64,000 nucleotides of DNA from Octopus vulgaris (lineage: Eukaryota): contig OX597814.1 in the NCBI GenBank assembly GCA_951406725.2, forward strand, positions 80,538,001 through 80,602,000, given 5' to 3'. The position numbers were made by a program, and so were the translations under genes. The notes beneath the pieces are model-generated. The model was not told where the DNA came from. It saw only the letters and a list, made by a program, of their open reading frames with translations, and searched no databases. Positions 39,941 through 53,361 of this stretch are shown here, piece after piece; position 1 is the stretch's first letter; the number at the start of each line of letters is the position of its first letter.

Positions 39941-41440
39941 TTAATAATAACAATGATATTAATAATCCTTTCTACTATAGGCACAAGGTCTGAAATTTTG
40001 TGGGGAGAGAACTAGTCAAGTACATTTACCTCCAGTGTTTTAATGGTACTCATTTTGTTGACCCTGAAAGGATGAAAGGCAAAGTCAACCTCAATGGAAT
40101 TTGAACTCAGATCATAAAGACAGACAAAATGTCGCAAAGCATCTTGCCCAGCATGCTAACAATTCTACCAGATTGCCACCTTGTTTGAAGGGGGAGGGAG
40201 GAGGAGGATTTCTTACATAGATATAGAAATTTGAATAATAGTTTACTTCATTGAGCCCAGAAGAATGAAAATCAAAAACCAATAATGACAAAATTTGAAG
40301 TGAGTTCAGAAAGTAAAGAACCAAAAACAAATACCACGAGATATTCTTCAATCACCAGTAATAGACTAACCAATCCTGTTCTCAACTACTCTCATTCTCT
40401 TTATAATAACAACAGCAACAAGAAAAGAGCAACAACAGTCACATGCATGAGTAAAAGCAAATGTTGCTTAAAGAACATTTCATATATTTTTCACTTATTT
40501 TTTTCTTCATTTTCATTGAAAAACACCACACATGCTTCTTTTTTCCTATCTCAAGGAATTACATTAGAATATTGTTACTATAGTAAAAGTCTGTTTATGT
40601 TTAACAAATTTCATAATGTTAATGTGAAATCGTCCAGGAAGCCATTTTGGAAAAATTCAAAAGCAAATCTCTGTCACAAAGATTTGTGTATTTTTGTTTT
40701 AATATTTTACATATTTATTTTATCTATTTATTTATTCTATTTATTTTATTTATTCATCTTTTTCCCGTAAAAGCTTTAGATATGTTAAAAGCAACACCAA
40801 AAAAGGAAAAACAAACAAAACAAGGAAACAAAAAATAATTCAGGATGTTTTAACCTGTTCAACATTTTATGATGTTTGTGTGAAATTGTCTGTGTAAAGG
40901 CATGACTAGACATTTCATGGAAAAGATGAAACAACAACAAATAAAAAAAATAAATGAATAAATAAATAAACATGGGGTGGCGGGAAAGGAAAATAACTAT
41001 GATACAGTTGATAAGATATTGATAGAGTAGCAGTTTAACATAATTTGGCAGAAAATTGAAAGGAAATTTATTTGAATGAAATAAAATGATTTTGTGTCTG
41101 TGAATTTGACTATTTGGTTCTTTCAAGTTTTTTCTGTATAATTCTCTTTTCTTTTCGTTTTTATGTCTGAACTCAAATGAAAATAGAAAATAGAAAACAA
41201 AATGAAAAATGACAACATATGCATAGGCATGGCTGCATGGTTAAGTAGTTTTTCTTTGCAATCCTGTGGCTTCAGTTTCAATCCTACTTCTCAACATCTT
41301 CAACATCTGTCTTTTTACTATAACCTTGAACTGACTCATGTCCTTTTAAAATAAGATAGAAAGCATGTAGAAGCTCACTGTAGCATACACACACACACAC
41401 ACATATATTTCATCATTTTATGTCTGTTTTCCATGCTAGC

Positions 41441-41477
<37 letters not shown>

Positions 41478-41715
41478 TGCACCCTTTTTAAAGCCTAGCC
41501 AGGGTCATGGGCCTGGTTTCTATGGTGTCTGTGTTCCCCAGCTGGATGGGACACCAGTCCATCGCAGTGTTACTCATTTTTGCCATCTGAGTGGATTGCA
41601 GCAACATGAAATGAAGTGTTTTGCTCAAGAACACAACGCGTCACTCAGTCTAGGAATCGAAACCACAATTTTACGATCATGATGCTGACACCCTAACCAC
41701 TAAGCCACATGCCTC

Positions 41716-41759
<44 letters not shown>

Positions 41760-41839
41760 GTATTAAGTTCACTCACCTGTAGAAATGAGTTGTGATGTCA
41801 TTGGTGCCAAGCTGTATCAGCCTTTGCCTTTCCCTTGGA

Positions 41840-42362
41840 TGTCATCCAAGAGAGGATGAAACCAATAAACTGTCCACAGTCTGTCTACCCTATGTGAAAG
41901 GCTTCTCTGGAAAGATACAAAAGATATGTGGCCCATATGACATCAGGACAATATTCAAAAGTAATACAACACTTCGCAAATATCTCCTTCGAGTAAAACC
42001 ACCAAAAGAAGAGAATATGACTAAGAACTGCATGTACTCCATCCCATGCAGCTGTGGTACGCCATACAAAGGCGAAACATGCTGCCCCCTCAAAATAAGG
42101 GTAGATGAACATCACAAAGCTGTGACATAGGGAGATATTGATAAATTGGGTATAGCTGACCATGTATGGAAAAATGGAGACCACCTCCCCCGGTGGGATG
42201 AAGATAAAATAATAGACAGAGAACACCACTGGAAAATACGAAAACTAAAAGAAGCAGCACATATGTTAGGATACAACAACCTCCTAAGCAGACCAAGTGC
42301 AGATATGAGTAGCATATGGGAACCGGTATTAAGGAAGGATACAAAAATATTAGATTTATAAG
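41840..42362 (+). pseudogene. Penelope-like element GIY-YIG endonuclease fragment
   Basis: LPYVKGFSGKIQKI..KNCMYSIPCSCGTPYKGET..LKIRVDEH..GIADHVW..IIDREHHWKIRKLKEA, with one in-frame stop. Confidence 0.9.
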
Positions 42363-43227
42363 CCCTAATTGCCCACGGGCATATGGCATAGGGGTTAAGA
42401 GCGCGAGCTACTAACCCCAAGATTCTGAGTTCAGTTCCAAGCAGTGACCTGAATAATGATAATAATGATAATAACATCGAAAAATACCTTAGATGAGGAC
42501 AAATGTTACTCATTTACCTTAGATTAGGACAAATGTAAATAAAGCTACTTATAATGTTGAGGCAATACATACCAATACATACCAATGAAAATACTGCAAT
42601 CAATATCATCATCTAACCATACGGCGGACGGTATGAGGAATAACATAATTATAGGCTTTTCATCATCTTCATCACCATCGTCATCATCATAATTGTTGTT
42701 GTCATCATCATCGTCATCATTGTCGTCCTCATCATCACCATTGTTGCCATCATCACCATTGTTGCCATCATCACCATTGTCATTGTCATCATCATCACCA
42801 TCATTGTCAACATCATCATCATCATTATCATCATCATCATCATCGCCATCACTATTATCATCATCTGTTTGATCATGGTTGGCCTGGTTGACCAACAACA
42901 ACAACAACAAATGCTTGGGATGTTACCTGGAAGAATACAAAAAAAAAATACCCCACACCCCGGAGCACCAGCTTACCTTGCAATTCCACACATTTCATTT
43001 TCAGACCAACATTCTCAATCTTTCTGAATAAAGAGTAAAAGAGAAACACATAAATCTAAGAGAAATGATGGTTATCTAACGAAAAAGACTGAGTGCAAGT
43101 AGCTTGGAAATTTGGTCTTTCTGGCAGTTTGGTTAAAAGAAACAGAAAGGGAAGAAAGAGAGGAACGAACAAGAGAGAACTTTAACAGGAAGTTAAATAA
43201 TAATAATCATCATAATAATAATAATAA

Positions 43228-43258
<31 letters not shown>

Positions 43259-44052
43259 AAGAACTTTAAATCTCTGAGCGAGAAATTTGTAGTAACAGTG
43301 CTGTACAGTAAACTCTATTTGCCAACACAACTTGGCAGTCCTAAAACAATAATGATAGTGATGATGATGAAGGTGGTGGTGGTGGCAGTGGCGGTGGTGG
43401 TGGTAGTGGTGGTGGTGATGGACATTCATTATCATCGTAGTTGTAGTTGTGGTAGTTGTTGTGAAGGATTTGCTAGTGAAGGAGGAGGTGGTGTTAATAA
43501 CGATGATGAGGAAGAGGAGGAGAAGGAAGAGAAGAAAAAGGGTAAGAAATAAAAGTAAACAAGGAAGAAGGAAAAGAAAAAAGGAAGAGAAGCAAGAAGA
43601 AAGAAAAGGGGAAGGAAAATAAAGAGAGAGGAGTAGGAGGAAAACAGAGAGTGTGTTGGGTAAGTAGACAGTAGAAGAACCACGTATCAGACAACGTAAG
43701 AGGAAAAAGAAAAAACAAAGCTGTGCTATCAGAATTCATCAGAATCCAAATAATTTGGAGATCAAGAACAGACAAAAATTTGATTTTCAATTGTTTAATG
43801 ACTCTCTTTTCTTTTCCAACATTTTTTCTCTTCCTGTCTCTCTCTCCTTCTTTTTTTCTCCCTCTCTCTTCCATTCTCTCTATTGGTGTTAAGGAATGGT
43901 ACTGTTTTTCTCCAAGCATATGAAGATTAAGCCAAATTGGTAAATTACAGATGTTGCCTTGATATCAGAAATAGTTACACTTTTGATTCCATCTGCTCTT
44001 GAAATCAAATATTTACACGTGTATATGTGTCTGAACATGTATCTCAACATAT

Positions 44053-44096
<44 letters not shown>

Positions 44097-44124
44097 TTAG
44101 CATCATTTATACATATATATACAA

Positions 44125-44198
<74 letters not shown>

Positions 44199-44531
44199 AC
44201 ACATATATACATATATATGTATGTATGTATGTATGTGTGTGTATATGTATATATGTATATATCTATCTATCTATCTATACATATATAATACATACATATA
44301 TATATATATATATATACATATATATGTGTATGTTTGAGTGTGTGTGTGTGTGTGTGTGTCTGTGTGCCTGAGTCAGTGTGTGTGTCTGTGTGTAATTTTA
44401 TTCTTATGATTTATACTAGAAAGAAACTACATATTACATCATCTCTTTGCTGCCAAGGAAGAACCATAATAATTGACCTGAACATCTTACAGCTTATTTT
44501 TATTCTTTTAAATTTTATTATTATTATTATT

Positions 44532-44576
<45 letters not shown>

Positions 44577-44654
44577 TTCATTATTGTTATTTAAAAAATA
44601 TATAAAATTTTTTAAACTTATAGAAATCGTTATCATTTAGTATTATCAATTATT

Positions 44655-44711
<57 letters not shown>

Positions 44712-45477
44712 GTTGTTGTTGTTGTTGTAAGTTTCTCTGCTTTCAATTTTGTATCCATTTCTTGCTGAGAGTCTTCCCGACATCTAGGGCAAGGATACTC
44801 ACCGATGTTGCTGTTGTTATTGTTGTTGTTGTTGTTATTGTTTTTTTGTTATTGTAACTGGCAGAAATGTTAGCACGCCAAGCATTTTGTCTGTCTTTAC
44901 ATTCTGATTTCAAATTCTGCTGACTTCGACTTTGCTTTTCATCCTTTTGGAATCAATAAATTAAGTACCAGTGAAACACTGGGGTCAATATAATCAACCA
45001 GTCCTCTCTCCCAAATTTCAGACCTTGCGCCTTTAATAGAAAGGATTATTATCATCATTACTGTGAGATTTTCTTCTCCTTTCAGCTTTGTTTCCATTTC
45101 CTACTGAGTGTCTTCCTGACATCTAGGGCTAGGAAACTCACTGTTGTTGTTGGTGTTGGTGTTATTATTATTATTACTACTATTATTACTATTATTGTTG
45201 TTGCTGCTGTTGTTGCTATTATCTTTAGTTGTTCTTGTTGCTTTTATTTTGGGATTTGGTTTCCTATTCTATATGTTTGAGATGTACTTTCCCCATAAAG
45301 CTATCTTTATTTTTTTTTTGTTGTTTCTTTCAGTTTTTTTTTATTTTTGCCTGCACAAAAATTGGCACTTGTTTTGGAAAATGATGCTCACTAAAATCCA
45401 GTCTGCCTTACCTTGTACGTACGGACACATAATGTAAGGCTAATAATAATAATAACAATGATGATGATGATGATGAT

Positions 45478-45523
<46 letters not shown>

Positions 45524-45723
45524 GTAGTAATAATAATAATAATAATAGTAATAATAATAATAATAATAATGATGATGGTGATGATGATGATGATAATGAT
45601 GATAATAATACAAATAAGAAAAAATGAGAAGGAAAGCTAAAGATAAAACAAATAAATGAAGAGAGGAAATAAAAGTAAAATAAAATTTGGTAACATCATC
45701 TATAGTTCTAATATATGTATATA

Positions 45724-45757
<34 letters not shown>

Positions 45758-45826
45758 GGTCCGGGTTGATTCGGGGTTAACCACAGTAAGTAAGGTACTC
45801 AATACATAGCAGAGTAAAATTAATTT

Positions 45827-45937
45827 ATTATATAGAAGGAGCTTCTACAGGACTAGTACTGTTTCATTCAAGAGAAATCTTCAGGAAGCCCTGAAGATTT
45901 CTCTTGAATGAAACAGTACTAGTCTGTAAACTCCTTC

Positions 45938-45945
<8 letters not shown>
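45827..45945. repeat. Fold-back palindrome of a PLE-like terminal fragment (45755-45945) within (TA)n
   Basis: 45827-45885 is the reverse complement of about 45890-45945. Confidence 0.9.
45840..45890 (-). ncRNA. Type I hammerhead ribozyme candidate
   Basis: Minus strand reads ggcttc CTGAAGA t ttc-tctt-gaa t GAAA cag-tactagtc-ctgTA gaagct. Confidence 0.65.
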
Positions 45946-46000
<55 letters not shown>

Positions 46001-46164
46001 TACACATGTACACATATACACATGTGCACATATGTGTACATATGTATGTGTGTATATATATAGTTAATCCAAACATGAAAACACAAAGAGAAAACACAAC
46101 AACGTGAGGACGTGGAACAAGTATAGTGTTATTGGACGCTCAGGAAAGGAAAGAAAGAAGGAGG

Positions 46165-46199
46165 ATTTAACGTTTCGAGTGGAGCTCTTCATCAGAAAC
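46165..46199 (-). ncRNA. Minimal hammerhead motif in PLE terminal repeat (about 46060-46270)
   Basis: Minus strand reads gttt CTGATGA a gag-ctcca-ctc GAAA cGTT aaat, with a palindromic aacgtt stem III. Confidence 0.7.
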
Positions 46200-46353
46200 A
46201 TAGAAAAACGAAAGATCCAAGGAAGAGAAGACTGAGTAAAAAATCGCTAATGATACACACACGGTCACATATTATGAGTGTGTATATGTATTTTTATATA
46301 CACATACATACATACATACATTAATCCACTGAACTTCTTAGACTTTCTTAAAC

Positions 46354-46476
46354 TCTTTGATGAAGCCTAGAGGAACACCCAATACCCTAATTTTATCTAC
46401 TGATCACTACAGAACATTGAAGAGATGGAATTAACATGTGGGGTATTGGGACCTCTTGGCAGAAACGGCTGTAAGA
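46354..46476 (+). ncRNA. Hammerhead motif with about 97-nt stem II
   Basis: tct tTGATGA a gcc-t-agagg..cccaataccc [loop] gggtattggg..cctct-t-ggc a GAAA cggctGTA aga. Confidence 0.55.
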
Positions 46477-46920
46477 AACTGTTCTTTTTCTTTTTCTATT
46501 CTAGGAATTACTGGTACTTATGTATGTAATACACAGTCTTTACATATGTATATATATTCTCATAATTGTTTAAAATAAATAACTGACATAATATAATGTC
46601 TAACAGTTGATGTATACTTTTTCTGTATCCCCTCCATTTTCTTCTTGCCGCATATATATGTGTCTATATACATGTGTGTGTGTGTGTGTGTGTGTACGTG
46701 CATATGTATATGTGTATGTATACATATATTATATGTTATATATATATATTATATATATTATATATATGTATATTATAATATATTATATATGTATATTATA
46801 TATATATATATTATATATATATATACATACATATACATATATAATATATAAATATTTTATATATATATATATGATGATATATGTGTGTGTATATATATAT
46901 ATTATACATGATGATGATGA

Positions 46921-47012
<92 letters not shown>

Positions 47013-47357
47013 TATTGTAATTAAGAAAGAATCTACTTTGAGTTAAATTCCAAACCAGGAGTCTGTAGAGTTTATTATTTATTTATTTATCTATCAACTT
47101 GTTTATTTTTATATGCTTTATGTGTTTTTTTCAAGTTTTTTTTTGCACCATTAAGAATTCTGCTTAGATTTCCTGGCCTTGTCTTGTACTACAAAATAAC
47201 ATAGCACTTTACTCTACACTAACAGTTAACTACCATCTTCTGGCATTTTCTTTGAAAATATTATCTATTATTCTATCTGCACTTGATTTTTCCAGGTAAA
47301 AACAGCCGCTGGTACTGTTGTTATTGCTGCTCATGATATTGTTGTTGTTGGTGTTGG

Positions 47358-47411
<54 letters not shown>

Positions 47412-47840
47412 GGTGGTGGTGGTGGTGGTGGTGGTGGTGGTGGTGGTGGTGGTGGTGGTGGTGGTGGTGGTAATTTTTAGTTCTAGATTTCTTTGTTACT
47501 GGCACAGTTGTTATCGCCAGTGAAGGTAACAGTGGTTGTGCTGGTGGTGGTGGTGACGGTGGCAGTGGCAGAGGTGGCAGTAGCAGTGGTGGTGGTAACA
47601 GCAATGGTGGCAGCAGCAATGGAGCAAGAGGAGAGGAGGAAGAGTTGGTGAGAGGATGAGAAGTTATTAATGTTACAGCAACGGCAGAGGGGCAGCAGCA
47701 GCATCACCATCAATGACTCTGGCAAGAATAAGAATGATGTTTTTTCCAGCCATTTGGACCACACTTTCAAAACTAGTTTTTTTCTGAATTTTTGAGTTTC
47801 TTAAGTGTTCGAAAAGTTCATCACATAAAATCACGATAAA

Positions 47841-48057
47841 TTACTCTTTTACTCTTTTACTTGTTTCAGTCATTTGACTGTGGCCATGCTGGAGCACCGC
47901 CTTTAGTCGAGCAAATTGAACCCAGGACTTATTCTTTGTAAGCCTAGTATTTATTCTATCAGTTTCTTTTGTTGAAGCGCTAAGTTACAGGGACACAAAC
48001 ACACCAGCATCGGTTGTCAAGGGATGTTGGGGACAAACACAGACACACACACACAAA

Positions 48058-48133
<76 letters not shown>

Positions 48134-48250
48134 CATATATATGAGGGGCTTCTTTCAGTTTCTGTCTACCAAATCCACTCACAAGGCTTTGGTCGACCTG
48201 AGGCTATAGTATAGTAGAAGACACTTGCCCAAGGTGCCATGCAGTGAGAC
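47841..48250 (-). mobile_element. SINE family B, head truncated at the Tc1 junction
   Basis: Matches 2879-3275. A second partial copy lies at about 49195-49367. Confidence 0.88.
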
Positions 48251-49037
48251 TTCACCAGAATGTTCCTCGTGCCATTCACTAACAACTTTAGCTTTGTGAA
48301 TTGGTGCATTATCATCCTGAAAGATTGTGTTTCCCTCTGGAAACTGTTTCCCAATCATCGGATGAATTTGATCAGGCAAAATGCTTAAATAGTCTTGACT
48401 ATTAATTCTGCCATGAAGGGAAGCCATTGCACCAGTGGATTTCCAAGATATAGCCCCACCACATCACAGATCCTCCTCCATGTTTAACAGTTGGAAGAAG
48501 GCAGTCTGAGTCAAATGCTTCTTTTAGCTGTCTCCACACGTATACTTGGCTGGTGGTTGGAAATGAGGTAAAGGATGACTTGTTCAGGAAAATAACATTC
48601 TTCCACTGCTCTAGGAAACAATTCTGTAGGTTTTTACTCCACTCTAAACACTTTGCAATGTTTGTTTTTGAAAGTACTGGTTTTCTGATTGCAGCCTTCC
48701 CATGAAATCTGGCTTTGTGCAACTCCCGGCAAACAGTTGTTTTGGAAACTGGGCTCTTGAGGTGGTCATTAAGCTCTGCAGTAACTTTGTGAGCTGTACT
48801 TTTGTGATTCTTTCTGACAATTCCCATAAGAGTCCGACGGTCCCCATCTGAAAGTTTTGATTTTCTTCCGGAGTTTTGTTTTGACGAAGAGGTTTTTCCC
48901 TCTATCTCAAAGGCTGTAATTACTTTTGAGACAGTACTTCTTGATACACCAAACATTTCGGTTGCTTTCATTACACTAGCACCTGCCATATGAGCACCAA
49001 CAATTTGACCTCTTTGAAAGTTCGATAGATCTGTCAC
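48251..49037 (-). pseudogene. Tc1 transposase, frameshifted and truncated
   Basis: DLSNFQRGQIVG..FGVSRSTVSKV..SGRKSKLS..PTVKHGGGSVM.WG..IFQDDNAPIHKAKVVSEW. Confidence 0.93.
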
Positions 49038-50299
49038 TTAAATGAATATTAATTACCTTTTTCTGATGATAACTGAAAAGAAACAGCAATTTTAGCAAAA
49101 CATATTAAGCAAAACTAATAATAAATCAAAAAGCATAAAAATAAACAAGATTTTGATGGTTTTATAGATATTTCAAAATTATGATGCTATGATATATATA
49201 TACAACAGGCTTCTTTCAATTTCTGTCTACCAAGTCCACTTATAAGGCTTTGGTCGGCCCAAGGTTATAGTAGAAGATACTTGCCCAAGGTGCCATGCAG
49301 TAGGACTGAATCTGAAACCATGTTGTTGGGAAGCAAGCTTCTTAATAAACAGCCACACCTGCACCTACAGGCAACTATATTATTCATGAATTAGACAAAA
49401 AGAAACTAGAGTCCCAAAGGGATTCACAGAATACTGATTAAAGGAAAGTCACTAAATTAATTGCTTTACAAAATCTGCTGTATGAGATTAAGACTCAAAA
49501 TATTTAACTTCTTGTTCTTTAGACAAATGAAAATTGATATGATATAAGCCTAAAACATATCAGTAGCAGGAAAAAGTCAAACTTAAATAAAGCACGTCTT
49601 AGAATTTCATGTCATGGAAGAAGAAAACCATTCCTATGAATTATTAAAGTGATGTGGCAATCTAGAAGACCATTCCTATAAATTATTAAAGTGATGTGGC
49701 TATCTAATAACAAAAGGAAATATTCTTAAACAGCACCTATAAAACTAAAGGACTATATTTCCAAATATTTCTGTCTGTTTTGAAACAATGAGTGAGTTGA
49801 GTGAGTTATGGTTATAGTTTCAAGCAGGTCCTACAACTATGTAAAGCAAGAGTTCCCAAACTGGGATAAATTTTGCTTATTCTAGATTTGTACATATCTT
49901 TCCATTACAACCTCTTAAAAACTGATGTAGGGTTATTTTCATAAGAAACTAGCATTAAAAAAATATATATATTAGCAACAAAAGCAGTATCAATGCCAAG
50001 AGGTATATTTATCCCCACTTAGATGTGAATGTTCTATTAGAACAAAATTTTGTATGTATGTATGCATGCATGCATATGTACATACATACATGCATGCATG
50101 CATACATACATGCATGCATGTATGCATTCATATATGCATGCATGCCTGAATACATGCATACATACATACATACATGCATGCATGCATGCATGCATGCATA
50201 CATACATACATACGTACATACATACATACATACATACATACATACATACATACATACATACATACATACATACATACATACATACATACATACATACAT

Positions 50300-50940
50300 A
50301 CCTGTATACGAACAGTTATGCTACATGGCAGTGAGACAGAGGTCTTGTGATGGCTTGAAAGAAATGAAGCTAGCATGCTTCAATGAACAGGTAATGTCAG
50401 TATGCATGCACTACAGAATGTAAATGATTTAAGAGGAAAACTGAGTATAAGAAGCATCAGATGTTGTGAGCATGAGATAAGACTATGCTGTGATGAAGAC
50501 TATATGTGATGCATATGAATGAGTACAGCTGTATTAAGAAGAACTGAACTCTAATTGCAGAGGGAACCTGTGGAAAGGGTAGACTCAGGAAGACATGGTT
50601 TGAAGTAGTGAGAAAGGAACTTCAGATGCTGGGCCTCAATGAGGAAATGACAATGGACCAAGAATTGTGGCAATTTCCTGTACTTGAGAAGATGCATCAA
50701 GTTAAGTAAAATTGCTGTCATCTATACATACAAGCTTCTCCTTTACAAGTGCTGGTGCCACATAAAATACACTTGTGCTAGTGCTGCATAAACACACCCG
50801 TGCTGGTGCCATGTAAAAAGCACCCGGCCCACACTGTAAAGTGGTTGGCATTAGGAAAGGCACCCAACCATAGAAACCATATCAAACCACAACAGCCCCA
50901 TGTCAAACCGTCTAACCCATACCAGTATGGAAAATGGATT
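50300..50940 (+). mobile_element. RTE LINE 3' region
   Basis: TVMLHGSET..LERNEASML..EGTCGKGRLRKTWFEVVRKEL followed by the family D UTR. Confidence 0.8.
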
Positions 50941-51683
50941 CCAATGACAGAGCTTTGTGTTTTTGGTAGAAGCCAGCTCCTTCAAAGGAAGAATTTTAAA
51001 AAATTTAAAACAGAAGAGAGAGATACTTACATATATACATACATGCATGCATGCATATGTACATATATACAAACAAACCTATATATGGACATGAATGCAT
51101 GCATACATACATACATACATACATACATACATACATACATGCATGCATGCATACATGCATACATACATGCATACATACATGCATACATACATACATACAT
51201 ACATACATACGTACATACATGTATGCATGCATGCTTACATACATACATACATAATACATACATACATACATACATACACACACATACATACATACTTACA
51301 TATGGGCACAGACATGCCTATGTGGTTATAAAGTTTACTTACATCCACATGGTTTTGGTTTCAGTCACACTGCATGAAATCTTGAGCAAATGTCTTCTAC
51401 TATAGCCTCAGGCTGAATCGTTGAAGACAAGTTCAGAAAAATGATGTATATTATTATTATTATTATCATTATTATACTCTTTTACTTGTTTCAGTCATTT
51501 GACTGTGACCATGCTGGAGCACCACCTTTAGTTGAGCAAATCAACCCCAGGACTTATTCTTCGTAAGCTTACTACTTATTCTATTGGTCTCTTTTGCCGA
51601 ACTGCTAAGTTACAGGGATGTAAGCACAACAGCATCGGTTGTCAAGCAATGTTTGAGGGACAAACACAGATGCACAAACATCT

Positions 51684-51763
<80 letters not shown>

Positions 51764-51837
51764 ATAATTATTATCATCATTATTATTTTATTATTTTATT
51801 ATTATGATTATTATAATGATTATTATTATTATTATTA

Positions 51838-51919
<82 letters not shown>

Positions 51920-52730
51920 CGTTATTATTTTATTATTTTATTATTATTATTATTGCTGAGCTCAACTGGTATTACTTCCCTGACACCGAAAGAATGAAAG
52001 ATAAAGTCAATTTTAACAGGATTAGAACTCAGATTATGAAACCGGAAGAAATGTTGCTAAGCATTTTGACCAGCATGCTAATGTTTGTCATTTGCCAGCT
52101 TAATGATAATAATCTTTTCTACTAAAGGCACAAGGCCTGAAATCTTGATGAGAGGGGACTAGTCAATTACATCAACTCCAGTATTTCACTGGTATTTCAT
52201 TTATCAAACCCAAATGGATGAAAGGCAAAGTTGACCTTGGCAGATTTTGAACTCAAAACTTAAAAGACAGACGAAATAACTCTAAGCATTTTGCCCAGCA
52301 TGCTAACAATTCTGCCAGCTCACCAGCTTAATGATGATAATGATGATGATGACGATGATGATAAGGAGGAGGAGGGGGAGGGGAGGGGGAGGAGGAGGAG
52401 GAGGATGGTGATGATGTTGATGATGATGATGATGATTGACTCTCGTGTCGATGACATGAGTGTTCAGCTTTTTGCCACATGACCTGCGCAAATAAACGAT
52501 TGGTTTGTAGTGATCAAGTGTATTTGCTGTGCATTAGCTCACTCTATCAATTCAATGTTGCCTGAACAGGTACATGGTGTACCATGCATCAGGTGTGAAA
52601 GTGATTGCAGAACAACATTAGATGAAGTGTTTTGCTCAAGAACACAATACACCATCCAGTCCAAGAATTGAAACCACGATCTTGCGATCATGAGTCCCAC
52701 ACCCTAACCACTAGGTCATGCAACCTCACA

Positions 52731-52782
<52 letters not shown>

Positions 52783-52805
52783 TAATAACAATAATAATAA
52801 TAATA

Positions 52806-53361
52806 TGCCCTGATGCAGTACCAGGCAGTGACTCTCTAGGCTTCTGATTTTAACTGATTGGAAGTGTTATCATGTACGTTGTTTTGTCCTGGTATAAAAG
52901 ATGGGCTACAGCAAATATTCTGCTCAATACCACAGATTTGCTTGTCAGTTGTTTGATCTTAACCAGCTGAACATGTCCCTTAGTGGCTGACAATATGTGC
53001 ATCTCTGATCACGAACAGAAGTAGTTGGGGAGCATCATAGCCATGTGTTGAGAGGGATTCTTTGGGGTTTGAATAATTTACCTCTGGAAACATGGGTGTT
53101 TCATTCAACATCTTTAAACAACCCTTACTCAGGGACCTTTTGAGTGGGATGGGTTACTCGACCAGAAGAAAATTCTAACTGGGCCCCACCTGCAAGGTCA
53201 TGTCCTGTTTATCTTGATATGAGATCACAATGTCGCGCACATATGGTTGTGATGCATGTGCCTAGTGTACCCTTATCAGACGGGTAGTCAAGATGGGTAT
53301 ACTGGGCTTCGTATATTTTATCCTAGTGTCACTTTGATGGCACGCACTGCTCTCTCATTCA
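52806..53361. mobile_element. Unclassified 556-bp interspersed element inside an (AAT)n tract
   Basis: Sharp GC-richer block tgccctgatg..ctctcattca, flanked by (aat)n on both sides. Confidence 0.6.

Noticed and set aside
40285-40770. 161-aa ORF
   Set aside because: Low-complexity AT-rich composition, starts in repeat-like sequence, no recognisable motif.
42545-43552. Poly-D and poly-N/K/V ORFs
   Set aside because: Trinucleotide microsatellites with no domain or splice support.
49627-49706. 42-bp tandem duplication (also 22-bp x3 at about 21523, and short repeats at 34528 and 42485)
   Set aside because: Ordinary local slippage.
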